Assembly (NCBI GenBank): GCA_904063045.1
Contig: CAJFCJ010000002.1
Coordinates: 3,963,891-4,027,890 of the forward strand
Direction: 5' to 3'
Source: Dimorphilus gyrociliatus
Lineage: Eukaryota; Animalia; Annelida
Length of the DNA stretch: 64,000 nt
Below the pieces are notes generated by a model. That model saw only the letters and a list, made by a program, of their open reading frames with translations. It did no database searches and was not told the DNA's origin. A program made the translations under genes and the position numbers. This document shows positions 49,051 through 61,400 of this stretch, piece by piece. Every line of letters begins with the position of its first letter. Within the stretch, counting starts at the first letter, position 1.

Positions 49051-49334
49051 ACACCTGCAGTCAGAGAACACGTGCATGAAATTTTTAACGAACACTGTGA
49101 TAGACTTTTAAACATTCCTTCGCTATTAAATTTATTCCATTGATCTGTACATGTTTCCTTTATATTTAAAAATATGCTCTACAAATTAAACTGTATAACC
49201 TTTTGGCTGTATTTTAGTAAGTTGGTGCTAAGTTTGCACATTATTTAGAAACGGAGCATTACTCTTTTATAGTGCGTGCTGTATATTATACGCTCTTTTA
49301 TTGCCAATGAATACAAAAAATTTATACTTTCTCT

Positions 49335-50706
49335 TTATCTAATGATTATGTTACAAATAGCCAAAGCTTCGTTGTCACTACCAGCTATTAAACTATTATT
49401 TACAACATTTAAGCAATTTATGGGAAGTTGATAACTCTGCCACAGATTCGTTATTTCAATTCGACGTTTTGCTGTATCGCAGGCTAACCAGGGTGTACTC
49501 AAAGCTTGTGAGTCTATGTTTTAAAAAATATTTTTATGTGAACAGTTTAATACAATTTACAATAAATATTCGAACCTTGTGAATTTTGAATATTAGATGC
49601 ATCCCAGTGCCAAATTTCGCCATCGGATGAGCAAGTAAATAAATGATCAGGTTGAGATTGATGATATTGAATATCCAGAACTAAAGTTGGAAATAGTCTA
49701 TTGAAATGAATTTTTATATAAAAATAGTAAAACGTACCATCTCCTATATGTGCCTCAACTTTAGCAGAAGGTAATTTAGGTTGCCTAAGATCCCAGATAC
49801 AGATTGCTCCGTCACTTGTACCACCCGCAATAACGTGCTGTTGTGCAGGATGCTTGTCAATACACCATAAAGCGCTCCAATCATTTTCCCTGCAGAATCA
49901 TTTTGTTTCATAAAAATTTAAACGAAAATTTTCATAACTCACTGAACATAGAGCTGAGCTTTTGAACCTTTATCTCTCAAATCCCACAATTTCAGTTGAC
50001 CAGAAGACGTTGCTGCCACAACTTGATGCTGATCAGCAAGTTGTATGTCATTTATTACACAATCATCTTCATTTTGTAAAGTTTGTAATTTGTCACTGTT
50101 TTCAATAGTAAAAGCAAATATTTGACCGTGCTCGGTTCCACATACAACTAATCCATCCTTCCTAGATATTAAACTGGTACAAATGTCTTCTTTGCTTAGA
50201 GCAATGTCGTTTCGATGCTAAGTAAATTAAAGATAGAAATATTTATTCAGAAATTATGAACATTAATTACCTCGAGTCGGTTATCTGAGACTTGGAAGAC
50301 GGAGACTGATTTCTTTGAACATGCTGCTAACAGCAGATCAGCCTTTAAAAACTAGTTTAAAAAAGAATTGTTAAAACACAGTATTCTTAGAATCTAGGAA
50401 TATATTAAATAGTTCAAACCTGTAAATTATTTATATCACCGTTAGTTACAACAGATTGTATTTTGGACAAATCTTCGATTTCTGCTTCCCCTTCAATTTG
50501 CCATAAAGAAATTTCATTTTGCGGCTAAAGAACGAGGGAACGTTAGTGAGCGATAATATAGTTTTTATAATATAAAATAAACTAACTCTATTATCCCAGC
50601 TTCCTGTTACAAAATATCGTGGTCTATCTGTCGCTAAGTCTATAGTAGGAAACCACTGGACACATTTGGTCTTTTTCGAAACATATTTCACGAATATTGT
50701 TGACAT
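49335..50706 (-). CDS. NUP43: Nucleoporin Nup43 (WD40)
   Basis: Seven exons from MSTIFVKYVSKK..FVTGSWDN through LKLWDLR, IDKHPAQQHVIAGG, ICIWDLR, PDHLFTCSSDGEIWHWD and AGSDNEAL to the stop at 49335. Confidence 0.9.
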
Positions 50707-51103
50707 TTTCCAGCTTTTACCGGCGGAGAAAAATGTATCACTTAAAGGTGAAGGCTGCTGTTTCTTCCCGCGATTAACCACTTAAAATAAAATGCCTAAT
50801 ATAGCTGCAGCACAGTTTTCATTCATCCAAAAAACGATTAAAAAACAAAATTTCGTTGTAATAATTTGTAAAAAGAGAAAAAACACTATCTATTTATAGC
50901 AAAAAAAAAATGGAATGAAACTATCAGAATAACTTTCTTAACATTCTACGAAAACATATTTATTGAATAAATTTTAATTATTAATCCAAAATGATTTGTC
51001 AGAACAAAATTTAAATAATTTCTTTAATTTATTAATGAGATGAAATATTAAGAAAAATAGAAACTTGAATGAAAACGTAAATTAATAAATTAAATAGGAA
51101 AAT

Positions 51104-54100
51104 ATGAATGATAAATGCAATTCAACTTTATCAAAGGTTAACGAATTTTATGATTACTATTAATTTGTCTGTTTTTTTCATTTATTAAACGAATAATGAT
51201 TTAACAGAAATGTAGAAATACGGAAAGAAATTTAAATGAGTTAAAGAGGGAATTAGAATTAGATGATCATAAACTTTCAATTTCGGAGCTATGTAAACGC
51301 TATGAAACAGATAAAACTTTGGTATTATCTTACTGTTTTTGTTGTATGAGGACTTTAAATTTTGTTAATTTTATAGGGTCTAGAATCTGATAAAGCTAAC
51401 CAAATTCGTAGGAGAGATGGTCCTAATTCATTAACACCACCGAAACAGACTCCAGAATGGATAAAGTTTTGTAAACAATTGTTTGGAGGTTTCGCCATTC
51501 TCTTGTGGATGGGATCAATACTTTGCTTTATCGCTTACAGTGTAGAAAGATCTCGAACAGTTGAGGCATCTTTGGATAATTTAATTCTTGGTATTGTTCT
51601 TGCAGCAGTAGTCATAATAACTGGAATATTCTCTTACTACCAAGAGTCGAAATCGTCTAAAATTATGGACTCATTCAAGAAGATTCTCCCACAGCAAGCT
51701 ATTGTGATAAGAGATGGTAAAAAATTGAGTATTAATGCTGAAGACCTCGTTGTCGGCGATTTAATTGAAGTAAAATTCGGCGATAGAGTACCAGCAGATT
51801 TTCGTCTAATTGAATCAAAAGGTTTTAAAGTAGATAATTCATCATTGACAGGTGAATCTGAGCCTCAATATCGTTCAACTGATTTCACAAATGAGAATCC
51901 TCTGGAAACGAAAAACTTAGCTTTTTTCTCAACAAATGCTGTTGAAGGAACTGCCAAAGGAATAGTTATTTTAACTGGTGATCATACAGTCATGGGTAGA
52001 ATAGCTGGATTAGCGTCCGGATTGGAAACGGGAAAAACTCCTATTGCCAAAGAAATAGAACATTTTATACATATCATTACCAGCTTTGCTGTTGTATTGG
52101 GTGTTTCATTTTGCATTATAGCAGTAAGTTTGGGATATGCTTGGTTAGATGCAGTTGTATTTTTAATAGGTATAATTGTTGCAAACGTGCCGGAAGGTCT
52201 ACTAGCTACTGTAACTGTTTGTCTGACGTTAACTGCTAAAAGGATGGCTAGTAAGAATTGCTTGGTTAAGAATTTAGAAGCCGTAGAAACTCTTGGCTCT
52301 ACTTCAACAATTTGCTCGGATAAAACGGGAACACTTACTCAGAATAGAATGACTGTTTCTCATGTGTGGTATGACAATTGTATTACTGACGTTGATACCT
52401 CAGAAAATGCCAGTAAAGGTAAATTTATAGGGAGTGGTTGGAGTCCCTTGTCGATTGTTGGTATGCTTTGTAATCGAGCCGAGTTCAAACATGACCAAGA
52501 CACGATCTCGATTCAAAGAAGAGAATGTACTGGTGATGCTTCTGAGGTTGCTATATTAAAATTCTTAGAATTAACTGTTGGCAATGTATTAGAATTTCGA
52601 GCGCAAAATCCGGCCGTTTGCGAGATACCTTTCAATTCAACAAACAAATTTCAATTGTCTATACATAAAATGAATGAAAACAATCGTCATTTGTTAGTTA
52701 TGAAAGGAGCACCTGAGAGGGTACTCAGTAAATGCTCTACCATTCTCATAAATGGAGAAGAACAGCCTATGGATCAGGAAAATATCAAACTTTTTAATAT
52801 GGCGTATAATGAACTTGGTGGTTTAGGAGAGAGAGTATTAGGATTTTGTGATTTACTTTTAGATGATAATGAATATCCTGAAGGTTATATTTTCAATGAC
52901 GAAGAGTGGAATTTCCCTTCTAGTGGCTTTCGTTTTGTTGGCCTAATGTCGATGATCGATCCTCCAAGAGCTGCAGTTCCTTTAGCCGTATCAAAGTGTC
53001 GATCGGCTGGTATTAAGGTCGTCATGGTTACAGGAGACCATCCAATCACAGCTAAAGCAATTGCTAAAAATGTCGGTATAATATCTGAAGGAAGTGAAAC
53101 TGTAGAAGATATAGCAAATCGAAAAGGACTTCCAGTGGATCGAGTAAGAAGATCTGAGGCAAGAGCATGTGTGTTACACGGAGAAGAATTAAAAAATATG
53201 AACTCTAACATCTTGGATGATATAATAGGAAACCATTCTGAAATTGTTTTCGCACGAACGTCTCCTCAACAAAAATTAGTAATAGTTGAAGCTTTTCAGA
53301 GATCTGGAGCAGTTGTAGCTGTCACAGGCGATGGTGTTAATGATTCTCCCGCTCTCAAAAAGGCTGATATTGGAGTTGCTATGGGTATAGCCGGATCAGA
53401 TGTGTCCAAGCAGGCAGCCGATATGATACTTTTAGATGATAATTTCGCATCAATAGTTACCGGAGTTGAAGAGGGTCGTTTGATATTTGATAACCTAAAG
53501 AAGAGCATAGCTTATACATTGACTTCAAATATACCAGAAATAACACCTTTCCTGTTTTTCATGCTTTTACAAATACCCTTACCTCTGGGGACTGTCACTA
53601 TTCTCTGCATAGATTTAGGAACCGACATGTTACCCGCTATTTCATTAGCTTATGAACAGGCCGAATCTGATATTATGAAAAGAAAACCAAGAGATCCCTT
53701 AATAGATAAGCTCGTTAACGAACGCTTGATTGGAATAACTTATGGACAAATTGGAATGATACAAGCAGCTGCCGGGTTTTTTACGTATCTTTATATTATG
53801 GCTGATCATGGATTCTTACCATCCAAATTATACAATTTACGGTCTAGTTGGGATGATAGGACTAACCAGGCCGTAACGGATTCGTTTGGTCAAGAATGGT
53901 CTTATGGTCAAAGAAAAGTTCTTGAGTATACATGCCACACAGGTTTCTTTACCGCCATTGTTGTCGTTCAATGGGCTGACTTATTAATATGTAAAACAAG
54001 AAAAAATTCTATATTTCAACAAGGTATGATAAATCATCAGCTGACTTTTGCTCTCTTTTTCGAAACTTTGTTGGCGGTCTTTTTGTCCTACACACCAGGA

Positions 54101-54328
54101 TTTCATAGAGGATTACGAATGTACCCCTTAAGGTAAAGGGATAAAAAACAGAGAAACTATATTTATCATTTTTTCGTCTAATAGTCATTGAAAATATTTT
54201 CTCACAGATATTACTATTGGGTTGTACCCATGCCTTTCAGTCTCTTAATTTTCATATATGATGAATGTAGGAAATGGATCATTCGGAGGTATCCGGGTTG
54301 TTGGATGGAGAGGGAAACTTACTACTAG
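51104..54328 (+). CDS. ATP1A: Na+/K+-ATPase alpha subunit (P-type IIC), about 1007 aa
   Basis: Exons 51104-51136, 51208-51321, 51377-54132, 54208-54328. [56 protein letters not shown] and C-terminal RETYY. The first exon is less certain. Confidence 0.95.
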
Positions 54329-54419
54329 ATAGTGGACGAGATCAATTTTATCACCTTAAATTGTCTATCGGAAAAATTATAAAAAAAATATTGATGATGA
54401 GAAAAAAAAAGTTATCCAC

Positions 54420-54492
54420 TGCCGGAACCCGGGATTGAACCAGGGACCTTTAGATCTTCAGTCTAACGCTCTCCCAACTGAGCTATTCCGGC
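54420..54492 (-). tRNA. tRNA-Phe (anticodon GAA)
   Basis: Reverse complement GCCGGAATAGCTCAGTTGGGAGAGCGTTAGACTGAAGATCTAAAGGTCCCTGGTTCAATCCCGGGTTCCGGCA is 73 nt, with a 7-bp acceptor stem (GCCGGAA/TTCCGGC), A and B boxes and a downstream T-run Pol III terminator. Confidence 0.97.
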
Positions 54493-55687
54493 TGTATATA
54501 TAAAAGCATTAATAGTGCCAATTTTGGAATGTTTTTTCTGCGATAATCTTTAAAAACATTCAATGAAAACGTTTAGTTTATTATTCTGATCAAATGTCTT
54601 GATAGCTTTTAGCCTTTCTATTAAAGTGTTATATATATATATAGCAAATGGCTAATGTGCATAATATTTAATTTTACCAATAAAAGAAAAATTTTACAAT
54701 AAAATATCTAACTAATAAGATACTAATTCAAATTTATTAACGTCTCCTTCAAAAGTCTATGTTCTTTCTAAATTCATAGCTTAGGTAATAATCCATATTA
54801 ATAACATTTTTTTTTAAAGTGTCACCTTTAAGTAGGCCCACATCAGTCTGTAGGTTACATACACGTACTCAAAAGAATGAAGTTGGCAAATTTCTACGAA
54901 AATAAGAAAGCTCTATAAAAAAGAGAACATATAAAGAATATAATGACGTAACTAATCAATATTATCTTAACGAATTAAGTTTTTATTAAAGTTATGTAAA
55001 GAAAAAACAATATTCTTGAATATAATTAACAAGAAGGGTACTCTATATTAGAAATGGTTAGAAGTGTTATTATTAAATAAATCATGCGAAATATATTTTA
55101 ACAATAGAAGGAATAAAGAACACAAATTTATTAATTAGTTTTTTATTTGAAATATTTATAAAATAAAAGCAATTTCCATATTTTATTAACAATAAGCTTT
55201 TACCAGTTTATTTTCAAGTGAATAAATTTTACATTTTTAAATGATAAAAGCAACACTTGAGAGATATCTTTATTAATTCTCTTTAGGGTTCTCTAAACTG
55301 AAAAGATTTAGTATTGCGACTACTTGACGAATCGGCTTTATTATCTATTATTAGTAATAAAAAATATAAAATCCCTAGCCGCTTGGCTTTTTTTATGGAT
55401 TAAAGATTAACATAAATAAATCAGGTTGACGAAAAAATTGAGATAGATTAACATAGCTTTCGCTCTAGATGACGTCAGTAATTGGGAAATATTTATAAAC
55501 TTATATATATATAATTTTGTTTGGCTTTTATAGAATAAAGAAGAATTAGAAATTTCAAAGTAAAAGAAAATGATATACATAAGATTAAGAGTCACTGTCA
55601 ATATTTATTCTGCAGTTTAAATGACATTATTAACATAAAGTAAATATATAGTTGAATAAGAGAAAACTTTAAAGAGGAAAACAATTT

Positions 55688-56620
55688 TCAATAGTGCAAA
55701 TACATAAAGTTTGATGAGTTTGTAGGAGTTCTACTCGCTACTAACCGACTTAGTCCGTTCATACCTTGTTTAACTTTTTGCCTAAATATCCATGGACTTT
55801 CGTTATTTTTTACAACCATTCTTGGTCTTGGTAGCGATGTTAAATCGCCTCTTGACGATTCTCGAACCAACTTTTCGGGTTCTAAAGGAGCTTGTACGCA
55901 ATATTCTGGTCTAATTGTCATATTTTGTCTTGTCGAAGCACTTTCTCTCCTAACGGGACCAAGTTCCAGAGACAAAGACAACGGTTTTGAAATATGATTC
56001 TGCAATTGAATAACCCTTTCATTTACTAGCTATTATACAGTGGGAGGTAAATCAGGATATGTTTTATCTGTTTATACTTTAATAGTTTGTGTAATCCCAT
56101 TGATTTTATGTTGGCTATGTTGGCAATAGAATGAATATGACGAGAAAAAATAATGATCTACTTTAAGACTAATTACCTCTGGTTTGTCTCTGCATGGTTT
56201 GATCTTTAATTTCAATAGGTGCTTCTCGCCACCTCTGAGATTTGAACTAGAACCTTCTAGATTTCGCAGTTTTACAGCTGGGAAAAATCCCGTAAGACTT
56301 CTGGAAGTTGAATAGCCGTCTTTTAATATTCTTTTGGCGTCTAAGCCTATTACTGAAGGCCGTCCACCAGCTTTACCAAAAAATCTCGTGGCAAATTCAT
56401 TTGCTAAAGATGAATTACAAGTACCATAGGAAGCGGGAGGTGTTCTCGGAGATAGTTTCATTCTGCTGCTTGTCCGACTATTTTCGGTTTTAAGCATACT
56501 CTCTCTTGAATTTGTTGTGCGGTGGAATCGAGAAGAAAAGTTATAGGAATTTGTGGAATTACTACCGGTGGTGTTCGAAACGATCGGCGGCAACGTATTA
56601 CTGCGCAATTGATTCGGCAT
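55688..56620 (-). CDS. Orphan Ser/Arg-rich basic protein, about 261 aa
   Basis: ORF 56620-56177 (GAG|gtaatt) splices in phase 0 to 56029-55688. GC is raised relative to the flanks. No domain recognised. Confidence 0.65.
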
Positions 56621-57713
56621 TGTTGAAAACTTTATGTCATATTCATCGTTGCCGAGAGTTTAACAAAAGAAATCCGATGTAATCCAATCGCTTAGCTCTC
56701 TAACTGTAGAAAAATGTATATTCACTCTGTGAGGAAACAGGAGGATATGAAGATAGAAAATTGTCCCTGTTAACTTCGTCACGTTCAGTCCTTAATGTAA
56801 AATCAACAAACCCTTTTCAAACAATGATATTTCTTTAAAGGAGTGTTAAGAAGAGTTCATATTGATCTCTCTTTCGTGCACAAGCATTTATACATTCATA
56901 TGTATATAATTAAAACAATAATATATTCTCTCTTATCTGGTATCCTATCTGAAAATATTTCAGTTCTTACCCTTTTAAGTATATTATCTATCTATATATT
57001 CGCGTGACTAGGAAAGTTAAAGAGTGAAAACGTGGACTTATAGCTAGGCCTTTAGGGCCTCTTCTGAAGTAATAAAAGGTTAAAGAGCGACACCTACAAA
57101 TTTATCTATTTAGAAAAGTCAAAAAAAAAAACAATAAGATGATTTTTATAAACATTTTCCCTTTGCATTAAAGTCTTAATGCTTTATTTATAACTTTTTT
57201 TCTACAACTGTTAAATGGAGTGTAAGAGGGAATGTTTTTGTTTGACAAAACTATAAGAGATTTCAAGTCTTAAAAGTGGATTATAACAATTGAACAATTA
57301 ACATTATCCTATAACTGGGAATAGAATAAAAATGAAGTTTTACAGGAGAATAACAGTTTAGAAGATATTTTTTTATGTTTATGTGTTACTTCAAATTTTC
57401 ATTAGACGCCACTAGATTCAATTGATTTTAATTAAAAAGCTATTCGGGGTATTTTGTTTAAAAGGAAATGAAAGAAACTTATGTAAATCATATTTTTTAA
57501 TGAGCGTTTACTAAATCTAAAAGGTTGTTTACTCGTTTTGAATATGGTGGCCGATTGCTTTATTATCCACCTTTAAGAAATTATGTATCTGAAAGATTTT
57601 TATTGTTAATATTTAATCCTTTTGTTATTGAACGAACAACTAATCGTCATAGTAGCCACCTACCCTTCCTAAACAAATATGGCGTCACTGGTAACGATTA
57701 TTCAAGAAAGGGA

Positions 57714-58051
57714 ATGAGTGGAGGACGGGCCTTAAATTGGAAAGAGTCTCTCCAAATGTGGAGGGAGAGAGAGACATTTTGTCAAGTTGAAACTAAAAAA
57801 GAGGAAACCGTTAGCAGAGCTCAAAGAAAGCACTTCCCTCACCACAACTTATCGTCGTCTCTCCCCGCTAACTCTGATAACAGTAAGGGTGTACCTGACA
57901 GAGAAAATTGGTTATCTAACCAGAAAAAGTCCACCAAGCGATATGAAAGAAGACACTTTATTGGTCGGTATTTATTTAAAATTTTCAATTGTTGTTATAA
58001 AATTGTACTCTTTTAACAGAAAGTAGCAATATACCTGCCGCGATTCTGTAA
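57714..58051 (+). CDS. Possible small orphan protein (about 93 aa)
   Basis: ATG 57714 to donor ATTG|gtcggt at 57964, a 56-nt intron, then exon 58020-58051. GC-rich island. The reading frame is ambiguous because a second frame is also open. Confidence 0.4.
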
Positions 58052-58427
58052 GAAGCAGAACTGCCTATGTCAATTACTTCTCTTGATTTCTATGTTCTTT
58101 CTTGCCTTAAGAGACCAATATTAGTCAAAGTCACATAATTCCTATTCAACACCGCAGACAGTATTATGAATATTCAAAAGTCATAAGGCGAATTTGGCTT
58201 TTGGTAGAAAGTTTAACAAGTTTTACATCACCTCAACTCAATTGTCATGTTAATGTTGTTTTAACAATTTAAACACTTTAAATTACACTTAAACACTCAA
58301 GTAACGAATGTATTCTATTGCAAGTTACATATATACATAATAAAAGACAGAAAATAGCAAATTATTTCAAACAATATTTCTAAATAGCATGAAAAAGTTT
58401 ATAAAACATGAGTTTTTTTTAAGTGTT

Positions 58428-61400
58428 TTAAGCAAATGGATCTTCTCGGTCCGGACCTTGCGCGTTATAAGTATCCTCCAATGAGCTGAAATGTAAAAAG
58501 TGTACAGGTCTGTGTGCTTCGTGATAAAATTCCAATGGATTTGATAACTGCAGTCCGTATTTCATTGAAGGGTCGTGTCGTACACCTGTAATAGGAATAA
58601 TGATTTATTATTCAAAAAATTGATTTGCTAAAAAGTCTAACTTACCCATAAAATTGTAATTCCAACTTCCTTGATCAGGTACCATGAAAAATCCCAAGAA
58701 TCGATCAGATAAGAGCATTTGGACTCTTTCATAGTGGGATGGCATATATCCTTTTGGATTGTTTCCTTTATCAGTATTTTGTCTGCCCCATTCAAATCCA
58801 GATGGGGTTAATTTATAAGCTGTTAGCGAACAGCTTCCTGGAGTAAACGAACAAGTAATAACAATGGTTTTTTCGCCATCCCATTGTGGATTCTTATCCA
58901 TAATTTTCGCGTGTAAGTTAACATCCTGAGGCGAGAGCTGAGGTAATTCATTTGGTTGGGTATGAATCCATCCGAGAGGCTCAAACTCTTTCAAATACTC
59001 ATGCCCAGGTAACTGATGAGGAAGATGAACAGTCTGGTGAGTACCCCATTGAGGTGGTAGAACGATGCAGCGGATTTCTTTCACTTGAGAGTTATCTGGA
59101 GGACTTACACCATAAAGATATCCAGCAATTTGAGATCGTAAATCGGATATCATAATAAACTTTTTCAACACATTTTTCGGTAAAATATATGTGTAACCTG
59201 CTTCTTTTATATCATCAGATGATACATAAATATGGTTGGTTCTCAAATGCAAGTTAATGGCAGAAATGGCTCTGACTCTCCATTCGGTTTTCGAGCTGAA
59301 TGTTTGAGTTTCATAGTTTGAAGTAGTCGTAGTAATAATTTCATCTCCATGTTTGTTAACTGTTTTAGTGGTTGTTGCTGTAACTTGAGACTGCTCTTTA
59401 GTTTGTTTTTCAATTTCGGCGATTTGTTGACGTTGGGCTGAAGGAGCTGATATTTCCATTCCCAAAATAATATCTCTGATTTCAGATTGCGTCAAAGACG
59501 CAACATTTACGTTGTTTTTCTTACCGTAGTCGGCTAATATAACATCTTTAAGAGACATTTCAACTTTTACCCACTCTTCATCTGAGAGAGTAGGCCAAAT
59601 ATGATGGGCTTCAGTAATGGTGGTTTTGTCAGGTTTAAGGATCATTTTACATTTATCATTATTAACATGCATAGCTCGAAGAATAAGGATCAATCGAGAG
59701 AAGGCAGTGTATGAAGAAATTGATTTCAGCCAATCGTCATACAAGTTGAACAAAACCATTTGAGGCTCAGTCGCCTTTAAAATTAAATCTCCAAACTTTT
59801 CTACTTTCAAACATGCCTGGAAAGGCAGTTGAAGTTCAGAACCTTTGATTACAATATTCGGGAAATCTAGCAAGTGAACTTCTAAAGGATCCAACATTCC
59901 TTTTCTTGTAACAATGATTTGCTTCGGCTGTTCTTCTACTGGAAGTGATCTAATTAGAGCAGCTACTTCTTCGGCTGTCTTCCATTTTGCCAATTGACCT
60001 AAACGCTTTTGACCAGCCCAGACACTGGTGTGAATAATTTTCAAGAAAAGCTGCCCTGTTCTTGGATTGAAAATAAAAATTGCCCCGTTTATTGGCTTAG
60101 TTGTTAAATTTCCTTCAAATGTCTTATGAATAGTTACACGGTAAACGTTTGTGTCGTCCACAAACCAAATAATTTGGTTTGAAAATAATTCACCATAATT
60201 CTGAGATGACAGATAGGGTTCGGTAGGCTCGGAACTATATAGCTGCAATCCTTTGCGGATTCTCTCTCTAAGGACATACAAAGCTGGATTAGCTTTCATG
60301 ATTTTTGCCATTGCTTGTTGTATAAGGGGCTTCGACCCGGGAAACCAATTACCGAAAGCTGAATGAAGATTGTAAGCCAAATCAATTGCTATCATAGCTC
60401 CAGTGGGTGATGGGTAGATTGACATATTATCCGTAGTATAATCCAAGTATTTGGCTCTAGCGTAACGTTCAACATCATGTGAATCGTAATCTCCCCACCT
60501 CAGTTGTATATCTATCCAGTATTTTTGAGTTGTTGAATTATCCATGGTGTCTTTCGTGTCAGCCAACAAGGATGGACGAGATACATGCCATTTATATGAA
60601 GCGAACAGAAGAATATCAGCGCAACTGCTGTTCATTTTGTAAGATTTTCTTGGATGAATAGTTTCCTTTTGAACTGTGTCAATACTAAGAGCATCTAATT
60701 CCTGATCAAAAACCTGACATAAATCCATAACAACGCTCTCGTGTATTTTTTGCCAAAGATGGGCGCGAAAGATTTGGATAAGACTTATCTTCAAAGTTGG
60801 GATTTTACCGTGCATAAATATACCTGTCAAATCCAACTGTACTTGGAAACCAACATATACATTAGCTCTGTTAATTGTTGGACTCCACCAAAGTGTAAAA
60901 CGACGGTTTGGAATTTGATTTAAACCTGATCGCTGAGCATTTGTCAGCTTTTTAAATTTCATAGATTCTTCAAATCCACTTGCCTTTTCCCAGAACAAAC
61001 CCTCCCAGGTTGGGAAATATGTGCCCTTGAATAGAGTATGTTCAAGAATTCCTTCCACACCGCCAAGAGCTTGAATCATATCCGTCCTGTAATTATTCAG
61101 ATTCCATAACTTTCCATCGTGACGTTGATGTGTCCACCAGAATGGATTTTGTTTCAAGACTTGATATTGCTTAAAATCTGTTCGAACTCTCCACCCCTTA
61201 TCATAAGCTAAGGTATGACGATCCTTTTGGAAAAGTGTATTTATCCTTGGAATTCCTCTGTCCCAGCTGTCTTCCAAATCTTCAAGAGTTAGCCTTCTGT
61301 TTTGAGCATTAGCTTCCTCTCGCTTTAGTGCATATTCTGCCCAAACTCTTTGTGAATCTATAAATTCACTCTCCCAAGGCATGATGTAACGATACAAGTT

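Noticed and set aside
60960-61010. Checked the PRP8 intein insertion site
   Set aside because: [12 protein letters not shown] is contiguous, so no intein is present.
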